Positions 42,016-53,022 of a DNA stretch of 64,000 nucleotides are shown here, in pieces. Position 1 is the first letter of the stretch; each line of letters opens with the position of its first letter. The stretch lies in assembly GCA_963809485.1 (NCBI GenBank), contig CAWEJX010000010.1, positions 1 through 64,000 on the forward strand, in the 5' to 3' direction. The notes under the pieces are model-generated. The model was not told the DNA's origin. It did no database searches and was given only the letters and a program-made list of their open reading frames with translations. A program made the position numbers and the translations under genes. Origin of the DNA: an uncultured Acidobacteriota bacterium. Its GTDB lineage: Bacteria; Acidobacteriota; UBA6911.

Positions 42016-43521
42016 ATGAATATTTGGGATCTGGCGAGTCCAATAAGGAAGCGGATAAGCGAGGAGATGGGAATCCTGCGCAAGCCGGCTTCTCTTAAAA
42101 TCGCTCTCTGTCACCCCGCTCCCTACCCGGTGGGAATGAGTTCGCTTGGATTCCAGACAATCTATCGAGAGATTCATCGGCATCCGGGGGCAAGCGCCGA
42201 GCGGGCCTTTCTGCCGGACAATATCGGGGAATATAGGAGAAGCCGTACTCCGGTATTCAGCTACGAAGGCGAAGTGCCGCTGTCGGATTTCCCCATCGTG
42301 GCCTTTTCCATCGCCTATGAACTGGAGTTGACGGGGCTTCTGGAGATGCTGGACCTCAGCGGCATTCCGCTGCTCAGGCAGGACCGCAACGGAAGGCATC
42401 CGCTCGTGATAGCGGGCGGTCCATTGACGGCCTCCAATCCGGCAATATTGGCTCCCTTTGTGGATCTCATAATCCTTGGCGAAGGGGAAGAACTGGTCCA
42501 CGCCTTTTTGGACGCTGCCGTCGACACTTCCATAAAGGAATTGCCGGCCCGTTTTTCCGGAACGCCCGGCTGCTATGCGCCGGGGTTAACCGCGGAGATG
42601 TCCGGATTGGCGAGGATCCGTGATGCCGGCCTTCCTGCCTATTCGCAGATTCTCACAAAGAATTCCGTTCTGGCTTCAATGTTTTTGATAGAACCGGAAC
42701 GCGGCTGTTCAAGAAACTGCGCTTACTGTGTCATGCGGCGCACTTCAAGTGGCGGGATGCGGCTCGTTTCCCCTGAAAAGGTGATTTCGCTTATCCCGGA
42801 AAATGCACGGCGGGTCGGCCTGGTCGGCGCCGCAGTCACGGATCATCCTCATATCGGCGAACTGATCGACAGAATTGTTGCGGGAGGGCGTGAAATAGGC
42901 ATTTCGAGCCTGCGGGCCGACAGTCTGGATGAAGGACTGGTGCATTCTCTTGCGCGAGGAGGGTATAGAACTCTAACGACGGCTCTGGACGGTGCTTCGC
43001 AGAGATTGCGTGATCTCATGAACCGGAGCACGGCTGAAAAACACCTGATTCGTGCGGCCGGGCTGGTGCGTGAAGCCGGGCTGAAGAACATGAAGCTTTA
43101 TGTAATGCTGGGACTCCCGGGAGAAAAAATGGACGATGTGGATGAACTCATCCGTTTTTCCATTGAACTGGCGAAAATCGCGCCCCTGTCCCTGAGCATC
43201 TCGCCTTTTGTGGCAAAACGGAACACTCCTCTGGATGGAGCCGGCTTCGAACCGATACCACTGCTGACGGAAAAGTTGTCAAAAACGCGCCTGGATCTTA
43301 CAAATAAGGTTGTGGTAAAGGAAAGCTCTGTCCGCTGGGCATGGGTCGAATACATGCTTTCTCAAGGTGGGGAATCTGCCGGATTGGCTGCCATGGATGC
43401 ATGGCGCGCAGGGGGCAGCTTCGCATCATGGAAAAAGGCTTTTGCCCGCCGTGAAGTCCAGGCATTCCAAAAGCCGCCGCTTTCCGGCGGCGGAAGGAAA
43501 GCTCCTGAAACCGATGCATAA
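42016..43521 (+). CDS. Radical SAM protein (TIGR03960-like)
   Basis: YPVGMSSLG, FSIAYELE, IAGGP, GEGEE, ERGCSRNCAYC, LYVMLGLPGE, FVAKRNTP. Confidence 0.85.
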   Translation: MNIWDLASPIRKRISEEMGILRKPASLKIALCHPAPYPVGMSSLGFQTIYREIHRHPGASAERAFLPDNIGEYRRSRTPVFSYEGEVPLSDFPIVAFSIAYELELTGLLEMLDLSGIPLLRQDRNGRHPLVIAGGPLTASNPAILAPFVDLIILGEGEELVHAFLDAAVDTSIKELPARFSGTPGCYAPGLTAEMSGLARIRDAGLPAYSQILTKNSVLASMFLIEPERGCSRNCAYCVMRRTSSGGMRLVSPEKVISLIPENARRVGLVGAAVTDHPHIGELIDRIVAGGREIGISSLRADSLDEGLVHSLARGGYRTLTTALDGASQRLRDLMNRSTAEKHLIRAAGLVREAGLKNMKLYVMLGLPGEKMDDVDELIRFSIELAKIAPLSLSISPFVAKRNTPLDGAGFEPIPLLTEKLSKTRLDLTNKVVVKESSVRWAWVEYMLSQGGESAGLAAMDAWRAGGSFASWKKAFARREVQAFQKPPLSGGGRKAPETDA

Positions 43522-44287
43522 ATTCCGAGTATTCATAAAATGGCTGCCTGTCAGGAATTTTTGCCGGTCCTGCGCGCGTCTATCCAAACGCGGTCTCTAT
43601 CCGTTGGGCTTGGCTTTGCTGGCAGGATGCCTGGTGTCTGTCGCGCGCAGCGATGATCAGAAATCTACGCGCGAGGAGGCGCGTTTTGACATATATGTTG
43701 CTGGAAAGGAAATCGGCCGGGAGAAATTTGCGGTCCTTGTCTCGGCAGATTCCGCCAGCAGCAGCTCAATCCTGAATTTCAGGGACCCCGGCAAAAAGCA
43801 TCAGAAAGTGCATATCGAGACCCAACTCGATATGGATCAAGGATTTCTGCCGCGTGCCTATAGTCTGAAGATGGACGTCGACGGACAAAAGGGTGCCATG
43901 GACGGGAAATTTGTGCCCGGTCAGGCTATGTTCGAATACGTGGGAACCGGATCCTCACAAAAAAGAGGTCTACTGGTCGGGGACCGATATACCCTTTTAG
44001 ATTCAAATGTATTCCACCATTTTATTTTTGTTGCGCGGCTTTTCGATCTCTCTTCCAGGAAGGACTCCCAGTCTTTTGAGGTGGTCGTTCCTCAGGAAGT
44101 GGACAATGGCACCTTAAGGATCCGAGAGATAGGCATGGAAAAGATAGAGGCACAAGGCAAGAAAAGGGATCTTCATCGCTTGAGGGCCGACTCGGGGCAA
44201 TTGCAGATCGATCTGTGGATCGATGACCACAATATCCTGTACAAAATCGCCATCCCGAACAAGAAGATAGAGGTGATAAGAAATTAG
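43514..44287 (+). CDS. Exported beta-rich hypothetical protein
   Basis: Hydrophobic signal-like stretch followed by beta-strand pattern ending in IDLWIDDHNILYKI; overlaps the upstream stop. Confidence 0.7.
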   Translation: MHKFRVFIKWLPVRNFCRSCARLSKRGLYPLGLALLAGCLVSVARSDDQKSTREEARFDIYVAGKEIGREKFAVLVSADSASSSSILNFRDPGKKHQKVHIETQLDMDQGFLPRAYSLKMDVDGQKGAMDGKFVPGQAMFEYVGTGSSQKRGLLVGDRYTLLDSNVFHHFIFVARLFDLSSRKDSQSFEVVVPQEVDNGTLRIREIGMEKIEAQGKKRDLHRLRADSGQLQIDLWIDDHNILYKIAIPNKKIEVIRN

Positions 44288-44472
44288 GGATTAGTTGTTA
44301 GCTATTAGGGATTAGTTGTTAGCTATTAGGGATTAGGGATTAGGGATTAGGGATTAGCTTTTTAGATGTTGTTCATAAGCTATAGGGTGAACAAAAACCA
44401 TCATAGCCCGCTCTAATTACCAATCGCTAATCCCTTACAACTAATCCCTAATAACTGATCACTAAAAACTAA
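44283..44472. repeat. Second inverted pair of TTAGGGA-type heptamer arrays
   Basis: About 11 TTAGNNN units at 44284-44357, including four consecutive TTAGGGA (44326-44353); degenerate complement at 44413-44472. Confidence 0.85.
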
Positions 44473-44544
44473 ATTGCAACGGGAAGGCGCTGATTGCGTA
44501 ATATGGGAGGCAAGTGCAATTTTACATTAACGGAGGGATTAAAA

Positions 44545-46170
44545 ATGGCCACACAGCCTAATGAGAGCGGTCATAAAAGCAAAAGGCTTTTGGGTTTCAT
44601 CATGGTTTTGTTTGTGCTGGGCCTTGGGATAGGGATTGGAACTATGATCTCTTACCGGGTGGATGCCAGGGGGCCGAACGATAGCCAGCTCCAAATGCAG
44701 ACGGATGGAAAACCGGCGGCCGGAGGCGCATTTATGGCCCTGTCGCAGGCATTCGAGGAAGTTGCCAACCAGATCGAGCCGGCCGTCGTCAATATCAATA
44801 CGGAGGAAGTGATAACCAGGCGTCAAATGATGCCCGACCAGGACTCCGATGACCCGATGAGCGAGTTATTCCGTCGGTTCGGATTCGGCAGTCCCTTTGG
44901 ACAAATCCCTGAGCAGCAGATGCGGCGCAGCCTGGGATCGGGTGTTATTGTCGATCCGAAGGGCTATATCATCACCAATAATCACGTCGTTGAAGATGCG
45001 ACAAAAATCAAGGTCAGCGTGCCCGGAGGAGAGGAATATACGGCAAAGGTGATCGGCACGGACGCCATTTCGGATATTGCCGTGATCAAGATCGAGGGTA
45101 AAAAGGACTTCCCCTATGCAAGGATCGGAAATTCCAAGAATATGAAAGTCGGGGATTGGGTCCTTGCCATAGGAAGCCCTTTTGGTCTCGAACAGACCGT
45201 CACAGCCGGCATCATCTCGGCCACAGGGCGGACATTTGAGCAGGGAGGAGGTCCGTCCGAGTACTCCATGTTCAACGATTACCTGCAGACGGATGCGGCC
45301 ATCAACCGTGGGAACAGCGGCGGACCCCTGGTGAATATGAAGGCCGAAATTGTTGGCATCAACAGCTTTATATCAACCCCGTCAGGAGCCAGCGCAGGCG
45401 TAGGATTTGCGGTCCCGTCGCATCTTTTCACCAAAGTCTACAACCAGATTCTGCAGACCGGGAAAGTAGCCCGGGGCTGGGTAGGTGTGAACATGAATCC
45501 GCTGCCCTTCACCCCGGCCATGGCCAATTTCTTCGGCGTTAAGCAGGGCTCCGGTGTGCTTATCACTCAGCTTAGTGACGAAAAGGGAGAATCGTCAGAA
45601 ACCGGCCCGGCTGCCAAAGCCGGACTAAAACCGGAGGATGTGGTTATTGCCTATAATGGGAAAAAGATAGCCAGCATGCAGGATTTCCGTCTGGCTGTAG
45701 CCGATACGGCTCCGGGGCAAAAGGCCACGGTCCGGGTGGTTCGCCAAGGGCAGGAAAAAGATTTTGAAATAACTGTGGGAGAACGCCAGTTTGAAAACCA
45801 GGACAAGGGACGATACAGTTTCGAGGAAAAGGAAGAAAAGCCAAAACCCGAGATCGGCCTTAGTTTTGACGAGGTGCCGCCCAGAGTTTCTCAGTCCATG
45901 GGTATTTCCGGAGGAGCTTATGTGCTTTCCGTGAAGCCCGGAAGCCTGGCCGATGATGCCGGATTGGCGGGGCCGGATCAGGGCGGTGGAGATGTGATAT
46001 TGGCTGCGAATGGAAAGCCGATTAAAGATGCGCAGGAACTGCTCTCGATCGTCAAGAATCTGAGGAGCGAGGAACCGATCGTTATCAAGTTTGTGCGGGC
46101 CGCCGGCCGCTTGCAGAACAGCGACCGTGTTGTGACGGCAACCTACTACACAAGCATCGTCAAGCCGTAG
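44545..46170 (+). CDS. htrA: Do/HtrA family serine protease with two PDZ domains
   Basis: LGSGVI, ITNNHVV, DIAVIK, QTDAAINRGNSGGPL; RBS GGAGG. Confidence 0.92.
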   Translation: MATQPNESGHKSKRLLGFIMVLFVLGLGIGIGTMISYRVDARGPNDSQLQMQTDGKPAAGGAFMALSQAFEEVANQIEPAVVNINTEEVITRRQMMPDQDSDDPMSELFRRFGFGSPFGQIPEQQMRRSLGSGVIVDPKGYIITNNHVVEDATKIKVSVPGGEEYTAKVIGTDAISDIAVIKIEGKKDFPYARIGNSKNMKVGDWVLAIGSPFGLEQTVTAGIISATGRTFEQGGGPSEYSMFNDYLQTDAAINRGNSGGPLVNMKAEIVGINSFISTPSGASAGVGFAVPSHLFTKVYNQILQTGKVARGWVGVNMNPLPFTPAMANFFGVKQGSGVLITQLSDEKGESSETGPAAKAGLKPEDVVIAYNGKKIASMQDFRLAVADTAPGQKATVRVVRQGQEKDFEITVGERQFENQDKGRYSFEEKEEKPKPEIGLSFDEVPPRVSQSMGISGGAYVLSVKPGSLADDAGLAGPDQGGGDVILAANGKPIKDAQELLSIVKNLRSEEPIVIKFVRAAGRLQNSDRVVTATYYTSIVKP

Positions 46171-46212
46171 CTGAAACGGAAAGCCGGCCTTGCCGGCATA
46201 GTCAGGAAACCA

Positions 46213-46262
46213 GCCACAAATTTCGCGAATCCCTGCGGTTCGTGAAATTTGTGGCTTTTTTG
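46213..46262 (+). terminator. Intrinsic terminator-like hairpin
   Basis: GCCACAAATTTCGCGAA...TTCGTGAAATTTGTGGC followed by a T run; related hairpin at 51880-51950. Confidence 0.7.
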
Positions 46263-46312
46263 TTCCTGCCGAAGCGGATTGCAAACCATGCCGATATGGT
46301 GCCGCCGGTTGT

Positions 46313-46340
46313 TTGACTTTGAGGTAAGCGATACTATAAT
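46313..46340 (+). promoter_or_regulatory. Sigma70-type promoter of the hrcA operon
   Basis: TTGACT-N16-TATAAT. Confidence 0.6.
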
Positions 46341-46405
46341 CTGTGCTGACAGCTATTTACGCGCAGCCGGCGCGGAAGCCGGATATCGAGCCAAAATAAG
46401 GCCGC

Positions 46406-47473
46406 ATGGGTATGCCAGAAACCAACGAGCACATGTTTAACGAGCGGATCCGTGAGATCCTAAATTGTGTGATTGCTACGTTTATCGTTACTGGCAAGCC
46501 CGTCGGTTCGCGCCGGATCGCCCGTCACAGCAGGGAGCAGCTCAGCCCGGCAACCGTCCGTAGCATCATGGCTGATCTCGAGAGAATGGGCTATCTGCAC
46601 CAGCCGCATGCTTCCGCCGGCCGCATACCAACCGACAAAGCCTATCGCTTCTACGTCGACTATCTGCTGAAAAGACGGGATATATCTCCAAGCGACCGCG
46701 ATATGATCGATCGCGATCTGCGTCTCGACGACAGCGCCGAACACCTCATGGCGCGCACGAGCCAGGTTTTGTCGAGGGTTTCCAACAACATCGGCATTGT
46801 CGTTTCGCCGCCGATCAGCCGTGTTGCCCTGAAACACCTTAATTTTGTTAAACTTGCCGACAACCGAATCCTCGTAATTATCGTTTCACGGTCGGGCATC
46901 GTCCAAAATCGGATTATTCCATATACAGAGGAGATATCCCAAACTGAGCTCGATCAGGCGGCTCGCTACATAGCCGAAAACTTTAAGGACCGGACTCTGC
47001 TGGAAATCAAGGGTCAGATTCTCAACATGATTCAGAAAGAGCAGGCCCTGTACGACAAATTCATGCAGCGCGTCATCACATTAAGCACCCGAACCTTTTC
47101 CGACATCGAGAACGAAATGGATGCGGAAGTCTATCTGGATGGAGCATCGAACCTAATAAAAACTCCTGAGTTTTCCGATATTAACAGGATGAAGCTGCTG
47201 TTTGAAACCATCGAGCAAAAGTACAGGATTGCGGCGCTGATCTCCCGCTGCATCGAGGGAGATACACAGGAGGTTCGAATAACGATAGGCGCCGAGAATG
47301 CCTTGCCGGGCATCGAGGACTGCACCCTCATTGCCTCGCGTTTCGTAGTCGACGAGAGGACCCATGGATCGTTGGGGATCCTGGGACCCACGCGCATGGA
47401 ATACGCGCGGGCGATTTCCCTCGTAGACTATGTGGCGAGGCTGTTTGGACGGGTGCTGGAAACAGGGAACTAG
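46406..47473 (+). CDS. hrcA: Heat-inducible transcription repressor
   Basis: PVGS, SPATVRSIMADLE, QPHASAGRIPTDKAYRFYVD, GILGPTRMEY. Confidence 0.96.
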   Translation: MGMPETNEHMFNERIREILNCVIATFIVTGKPVGSRRIARHSREQLSPATVRSIMADLERMGYLHQPHASAGRIPTDKAYRFYVDYLLKRRDISPSDRDMIDRDLRLDDSAEHLMARTSQVLSRVSNNIGIVVSPPISRVALKHLNFVKLADNRILVIIVSRSGIVQNRIIPYTEEISQTELDQAARYIAENFKDRTLLEIKGQILNMIQKEQALYDKFMQRVITLSTRTFSDIENEMDAEVYLDGASNLIKTPEFSDINRMKLLFETIEQKYRIAALISRCIEGDTQEVRITIGAENALPGIEDCTLIASRFVVDERTHGSLGILGPTRMEYARAISLVDYVARLFGRVLETGN

Positions 47474-47476
47474 AAA

Positions 47477-48088
47477 ATGATGTGGAAATCTGACGATCAA
47501 GCCTCGGATGCGGCTGAAGACAAGACCGCCCCGAATTCTGAAAACCAGGAAACCGTTGAATCCGTTGCGCCTGTGATGGATCCTCTGACCCAATTGCAGG
47601 CCGACCTCAAATCAGCCAAAGCCGAAGCGGCCGAGTGGCAGGATAGATTTTTGCGAAAAGCGGCCGAATTCGAAAACTACCGCAAGAGGATGGAGAAGGA
47701 AAAAACAGACTTGATGAATCTGGCCAAGGGCTCCGTCCTGGTGGAGTTTTTGCCCCTTGCCGATGACTGCGAGCGGGCTCTGAGGAGTCTCGGCGAAGCG
47801 GAAGAGGATACGAAGTCTCTCCGCCAGTATAGAGAGGGAGTCGAATTGCTGTACAAACAGCTGATGGATATTTTGAGCCGAACGGGAGTAACGCCCCTGG
47901 AGGCCGAAGGGAAACCGTTCGATCCGCACTTCCATGATGCCCTGTCCCGGCAGGAATCGGCGGACTGCAAGGAAGACACGGTCATTGATGAATTGCGACG
48001 CGGATACATGTTCAAAGAAAAACTTCTCAGGCCGGCTCAGGTAATCGTTGCGGTTCGTCCGAAGACCAAAGACAAAGAGTCCCAATGA
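47477..48088 (+). CDS. grpE: Nucleotide exchange factor
   Basis: AAEFENYRKR, FDPHFHDA, GYMFKEKLLRPAQV. Confidence 0.96.
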   Translation: MMWKSDDQASDAAEDKTAPNSENQETVESVAPVMDPLTQLQADLKSAKAEAAEWQDRFLRKAAEFENYRKRMEKEKTDLMNLAKGSVLVEFLPLADDCERALRSLGEAEEDTKSLRQYREGVELLYKQLMDILSRTGVTPLEAEGKPFDPHFHDALSRQESADCKEDTVIDELRRGYMFKEKLLRPAQVIVAVRPKTKDKESQ

Positions 48089-49992
48089 GCAAAATTATCG
48101 GCATCGATCTGGGCACAACCAACTCGTGTGTCGCCGTTCTGGAAGGCTCGTCCGTACAAATCATCCCCAATGACATCGGCGGCCGAACCACCCCGTCGGT
48201 TGTGGCTTTTGCGGAAAAAGGGGACAGGCTTCTGGGACAAATTGCAAAGCGCCAGGCCGTTACAAATGCCGCAAACACCGTGTATGCGGTAAAGAGGCTG
48301 ATGGGCCGCCGGTTTGATGCTCCCGAAATTCAGAAAATTAAAGCCTATCTCACTTACAGCATCAGTCCTTCGGCCAATGGCGATGTCAGAATCTCTATCA
48401 GGGGAAAAGACTACAGCCCGCCCGAAATTTCGGCCATGCTGCTGCAGCACCTGAAGACCACCGCTGAGAATTTTCTGAATGAAGAAGTGACGGAGGCCAT
48501 CGTTACGGTCCCCGCGTATTTCGACGACTCTCAGCGCCAGGCAACCAAGGACGCTGGCCGGATTGCGGGGCTGGAGGTCCTCCGAATCATCAACGAACCG
48601 ACTGCGGCCGCGCTTGCCTATGGACTCGGCAAAAAGGACCGGGAGCGAATCGCGATTTATGACCTCGGGGGCGGGACATTCGACATATCGATCCTCGAAC
48701 TCAATGACGGGGTTTTCGAGGTCGTGTCCACGTGCGGAGACAGTTTCCTGGGAGGAGAGGATTTTGACCAGCGCATTATCGACTGGATGATCGCCGAGTT
48801 CAAAGCCGAGAAAGGCATCAATCTCGGCGGCGATGTGCTCGCACGCCAGCGGCTCAAAGAAACGGCCGAAAAGGCCAAGTGCGAGCTTTCCTCCGCCGCA
48901 CAATCGCACATCAGCCTGCCGTTTATTGCCTCCGACGCCAAAGGCCCGAAGCATTTTGACAAAATCCTGACTCAGGCCAGGTTTGAAGAATTGGTCAAGG
49001 ATCTGATCGAGAGGACCACCATATTCTGTGAGAAAGCGCTGGCCGACGCCCGTCTGGCTCCTGCCGATATCAATAAAGTAATCCTTGTGGGAGGACAAAC
49101 GCGCACGCCTGCGGTTCAGCGCCATGTGGAAAAAATCTTCGGAAAAAAACCATCTCTTGAAGTCAACCCCGACGAAGTCGTCGCAGTCGGCGCGGCTCTT
49201 CAGGGCGGTGTCCTGGCGGGCGAATTAAGGGAAATCGTCCTGCTGGATGTGCTTCCCTTGTCGCTGGGAGTCGAAACCCAGGGCGGATTGTTTACGCGCC
49301 TCATCGATCACAACTCGACGATTCCGCTAAAGAAGACAGCCATTTTTACGACCGTAGCGGATAATCAGACAGTGGTTGAAATCCATGTCCTGCAGGGAGA
49401 GAGGGAATTAGCGCAGTACAACCGTTCCCTGGCAAAATTTAACCTGGTGGGGATTGCTCCCGGGCCGAGGGGAGCCCCGCAGATTGAAGTTTCTTTTGAC
49501 ATGGATGCCAACGGAATATTAAGCGTTTCGGCCAAAGACATGCTTTCCGGCAAGGAGCAGGCCATCAAGATCACTCCCTCAACGGGATTGAGCAAGGATG
49601 AGATCGACCGGATGACTCTCGAGTCGAGACAGCATGCCGACAGCGATCACAAAGCCAAACAATCCGCGGAAACTCGCAACCGCATCAAGTGGCAGATGGG
49701 CGCCCTTGCGCGAAGCTATTCGGAGTTCGGCTGGCTTCTTGACTCTGTCGAACAGGAAATGATAAAAGAATCGATCCAAAAAGCCAGGGGTCTAGCTCCG
49801 GGCGAAAGCAGCCTCCCTTTGCTGAAAGAAGTGCTGTCACAACTCGAAGATGGAGCGGCAAAGCTTGCCGCGGCCATGTTCAGCGCCCCGGCGGGCCAGG
49901 GCCTGAAGGCTTCGGGATGGTCCGGAGAGAAGAAAGCCGAGGCTGATCTGGATAATTTGCTGAAGTCCGCGCTGGATTCCGTGGAATCGTAG
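48085..49992 (+). CDS. dnaK: Hsp70 chaperone (divergent C-terminus)
   Basis: [38 protein letters not shown]. Confidence 0.93.
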   Translation: MSKIIGIDLGTTNSCVAVLEGSSVQIIPNDIGGRTTPSVVAFAEKGDRLLGQIAKRQAVTNAANTVYAVKRLMGRRFDAPEIQKIKAYLTYSISPSANGDVRISIRGKDYSPPEISAMLLQHLKTTAENFLNEEVTEAIVTVPAYFDDSQRQATKDAGRIAGLEVLRIINEPTAAALAYGLGKKDRERIAIYDLGGGTFDISILELNDGVFEVVSTCGDSFLGGEDFDQRIIDWMIAEFKAEKGINLGGDVLARQRLKETAEKAKCELSSAAQSHISLPFIASDAKGPKHFDKILTQARFEELVKDLIERTTIFCEKALADARLAPADINKVILVGGQTRTPAVQRHVEKIFGKKPSLEVNPDEVVAVGAALQGGVLAGELREIVLLDVLPLSLGVETQGGLFTRLIDHNSTIPLKKTAIFTTVADNQTVVEIHVLQGERELAQYNRSLAKFNLVGIAPGPRGAPQIEVSFDMDANGILSVSAKDMLSGKEQAIKITPSTGLSKDEIDRMTLESRQHADSDHKAKQSAETRNRIKWQMGALARSYSEFGWLLDSVEQEMIKESIQKARGLAPGESSLPLLKEVLSQLEDGAAKLAAAMFSAPAGQGLKASGWSGEKKAEADLDNLLKSALDSVES

Positions 49993-50023
49993 ACGCAACA
50001 AAACAAGAGAGTGGGGATTTTTT

Positions 50024-51133
50024 TTGAATAACAAGCGAGACTACTACGAAGTGCTGGGGATCCCCCAGAATGCCTCGGATCAGGAGATCAAGAGCGCCTA
50101 TAGAAAACTGGCTCTCAAATATCATCCGGATAAAAATCCGAACGACAAAAGCGCCGAGGAAAAATTCAAGGAGGCTGCCGAGGCTTACAGTGTCCTGAGC
50201 GACCCCGAAAAGCGGGCGCGCTACGACCGCTACGGCCACAGCGGCCTGCAGGGAGGATTCAGCGGCTTCGATCCCGCCACCTTTGGAGACTTCGGAGACA
50301 TCCTCGGGGAATTTTTCGGATTCGGCGATATTTTCGGGGGGCGCCGCCGGGGCGGTCCCGAGCGAGGCTCGGACCTGCGCTACGACCTGAAAATCTCATT
50401 CCGCGAAGCGGCCTTTGGCCTCAAAACCAAAATCAAAATCCCCCGCCAGGAAACCTGCGGCGCATGCGACGGACGCGGAACCCCCAAGGGCAAAAATCCT
50501 GTAGGCTGCCCGACATGCCATGGTTCCGGACAGGTGCGCTACCAGCAGGGTTTCTTTTCCATAAGCAGGACCTGCAGCCAATGCAACGGAACAGGCAGGG
50601 TCATCAGCGAGCCCTGTGAAGCCTGCCAGGGCCGCGGACGTGTGCGAAAGGAAAAAGTTCTCGAAGTCAGAATTCCGGCTGGGGTAGACAACGGCGCCAG
50701 GCTGCGTATCCAGGGAGAAGGGGAATCCGGAGTCCACGGTGGCGCTTCGGGCGACCTCTATGTCGTCATTTATGTGGAAGAGCATCCCTTTTTCCAAAGA
50801 CAGGGAAACAACATTTACTGCCAGATCCCAATAGGTATAGCGCAAGCCGTTTTGGGCTCAGAAGTTACTGTCCCAACCCTCGAAGGCGAAGAGAAACTTA
50901 GAATTCCCGAAGGCACCCAAAGCGGATCCGTCTTCCGCCTGCGTAACAAGGGCATCGTCAGCCTGGGCGAGAGAGGCCGCGGAGATCAGTTTGTGACCGT
51001 GAATGTGGTTATGCCGACCAAGCTCACAAAGGAGCAGCGGCAGATCTTCGAGGCGCTGGCTAAAGTCAGCAAGGACGACGAACTCACACAAGAACGCAAC
51101 ATCTTCGACAAGGTTAAGGATATTTTCGGGTAG
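50024..51133 (+). CDS. dnaJ: Chaperone DnaJ (TTG start)
   Basis: DYYEVLG, HPD motif, G/F region, four CxxCxGxG repeats. Confidence 0.96.
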   Translation: MNNKRDYYEVLGIPQNASDQEIKSAYRKLALKYHPDKNPNDKSAEEKFKEAAEAYSVLSDPEKRARYDRYGHSGLQGGFSGFDPATFGDFGDILGEFFGFGDIFGGRRRGGPERGSDLRYDLKISFREAAFGLKTKIKIPRQETCGACDGRGTPKGKNPVGCPTCHGSGQVRYQQGFFSISRTCSQCNGTGRVISEPCEACQGRGRVRKEKVLEVRIPAGVDNGARLRIQGEGESGVHGGASGDLYVVIYVEEHPFFQRQGNNIYCQIPIGIAQAVLGSEVTVPTLEGEEKLRIPEGTQSGSVFRLRNKGIVSLGERGRGDQFVTVNVVMPTKLTKEQRQIFEALAKVSKDDELTQERNIFDKVKDIFG

Positions 51134-51140
51134 CCTGCCG

Positions 51141-51878
51141 ATGCCCCGAAGACGATTCTATGCCCCACCGGATTCCATTCGCGATGGAATCGCCGTGCTT
51201 CCTCCCGATCAGGCTCATCATCTGCGAGACGTCCTGAGATTGAGGACGGGTGATCCTGTTGAGATTTTTGACGGCGAGGGAAACGGATATGCCGGGCAGG
51301 TTGACTTCCATGGTTCCGAGGTCTGTATCCGGGGCCTGGTAAAGCTTCCCGCCGAGGAGCCGCCTGCAATCCTTATCCTGGCTGCAGCTCTGATCAAGAC
51401 CGCAAGATTCGAGTGGATGATCCAGAAAGCAACCGAACTGGGCGTTGCCGAAGTCATGCCCCTGTACACGCGCATGAGCGATATAAAGCTATCCCCTGGC
51501 AGCGGCGGCCTCCGGCTGGCCCGCTGGGATCGCATCCTGAAGGATGCTGCCAGGCAGTGCGGCCGCTTCTCCGCACCGCGGCTGCACACCCCTCTGGAGT
51601 TTTCCGATTTTCTTCGCTGCCAGCAGCTTTCCGCATGCACGAAGCTCCTTTTTTATGAAAAGGCGTCGCAGCCGTGGCGGCCGGAAAAAGTCCTGGCCGG
51701 TGAAAAAATTGTCCTGTGCATCGGCCCCGAAGGCGGCTGGGATGTCCATGAGATCGAACAGGCCATGGAAGCCGGGTACAGAACCTTCGGCCTTGGGCCG
51801 TGGATCCTGCGAGCCGAGACCGCAGCCATAGCCGCCGCAGCCATCGTCCAGCACCAGATCCGCCTGCTCAGGAAATAA
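51141..51878 (+). CDS. rsmE: 16S rRNA m3U1498 methyltransferase
   Basis: HHLRDVLRL, QKATELGV, IGPEGG, ILRAETA. Confidence 0.93.
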   Translation: MPRRRFYAPPDSIRDGIAVLPPDQAHHLRDVLRLRTGDPVEIFDGEGNGYAGQVDFHGSEVCIRGLVKLPAEEPPAILILAAALIKTARFEWMIQKATELGVAEVMPLYTRMSDIKLSPGSGGLRLARWDRILKDAARQCGRFSAPRLHTPLEFSDFLRCQQLSACTKLLFYEKASQPWRPEKVLAGEKIVLCIGPEGGWDVHEIEQAMEAGYRTFGLGPWILRAETAAIAAAAIVQHQIRLLRK

Positions 51879-51879
51879 A

Positions 51880-51950
51880 AAGGCAGCTGCGAACGAACAC
51901 GAATTATCAAACTTGCGGGATTCGTGATAATTTGTGGCTGCTTTTTTTGT
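51880..51950 (+). terminator. Hairpin with T run after rsmE
   Basis: AAAAGGCAGC...ATTATCA...TGATAAT...GCTGCTTTTTT. Confidence 0.55.
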
Positions 51951-51991
51951 TTCTTTATCGGAAGATGCTGCAAATGTGCATAGGAGGGCTT

Positions 51992-52849
51992 GTGCGTAAA
52001 GGACCTTGGCTGCTGCCATTTTGTCTGGTTATCGCGTGGAACAGCTTCGGGCAGCAGCGTCCCCTCAGGACCGATGATGCTGAAATTCTTAAAACAGGGT
52101 GGATTCGAACCGAGGTTGGCCTGGAGTTTTTGCAGGGTCAGCGCTATTCCCTTTCCGGCCTCGAGGGAGATTTGGCGCGGCTGGGTGTCGCCGCCATCCA
52201 TGTCGGCGTCGGCGAGTATGCCGAGTTCCAGATTTCCGGCGTCGCTCAGGACATCCTGTCGGTCTCCGGCCGCACGGAACCTGTCATCCCGCCCACCTTC
52301 AGCGGTGATTCAACCAGCGACTTCGGCGATCTGATACTTGGCACCAAGCTGAAACTTGCGGGAGAAAAGGGCCGCCGTCCGGCCATGGCTTTCAAGTTTG
52401 CCGTGGAGCTTCCGAATGCCAAGCACGACAGCGGGCTGGGCACGGATGAGACAGAATTCTTTGCAAGCCTTCTGTTCAAGAAGCATCTCGGTCGCGTCCA
52501 GATCCTGGCGGATGCGGGATTCGCAATCCTGGCCTCCCCTGTGCTCCAGGGCAGACAAACAGATCCGCTGACATACGGGATTGCGACCATTATCCCGCTG
52601 CACCACAGGGTAAACTTTGTTGCGGAACTCAATGGCCGCCAGGGTCCATCCGGCAGAGTAGGAAACGAAAACAAGTCCCAGGCTCGTGCCGGAATCCAGT
52701 TCTGGACTGGCAGGCTGCGGTGGGATGTGGGGGGGATCGCAGGCCTGATGGATTATGACCCGAAATCCGGTATCGCGGTCGGTGTGACCTATGAGTTCCA
52801 GGCGTTTCATAAAGGCCCTTCCAGCGTCAAAATAACGAAGCAGCCTTAG
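51992..52849 (+). CDS. Exported protein, probable outer-membrane beta-barrel
   Basis: Signal peptide, QRPLRTDD, DFGDLILGTK, alternating hydrophobic strands, GVTYEF; GTG start after GGAGGG. Confidence 0.65.
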   Translation: MRKGPWLLPFCLVIAWNSFGQQRPLRTDDAEILKTGWIRTEVGLEFLQGQRYSLSGLEGDLARLGVAAIHVGVGEYAEFQISGVAQDILSVSGRTEPVIPPTFSGDSTSDFGDLILGTKLKLAGEKGRRPAMAFKFAVELPNAKHDSGLGTDETEFFASLLFKKHLGRVQILADAGFAILASPVLQGRQTDPLTYGIATIIPLHHRVNFVAELNGRQGPSGRVGNENKSQARAGIQFWTGRLRWDVGGIAGLMDYDPKSGIAVGVTYEFQAFHKGPSSVKITKQP

Positions 52850-53022
52850 CCTCGCGGCGTTGCATCGATCCGGGGACCGGTCGGAGGGAAGCCGGAGGCC
52901 AAAGAGGCTTGAAAACAGCCTGGGATTTTTTGAGGATGACGGGAAGCAGGCTCCGGACTGGAGTTTCCTGGATTTTACAGCCTGCTCTATCGTCCTCGAA
53001 ATAAGGAAGAGCGGGGAGCTTC

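Noticed and set aside
44283-44357. Eukaryotic telomere contamination or a true telomere
   Set aside because: Short, degenerate, internal, paired with an inverted arm and embedded between intact bacterial genes
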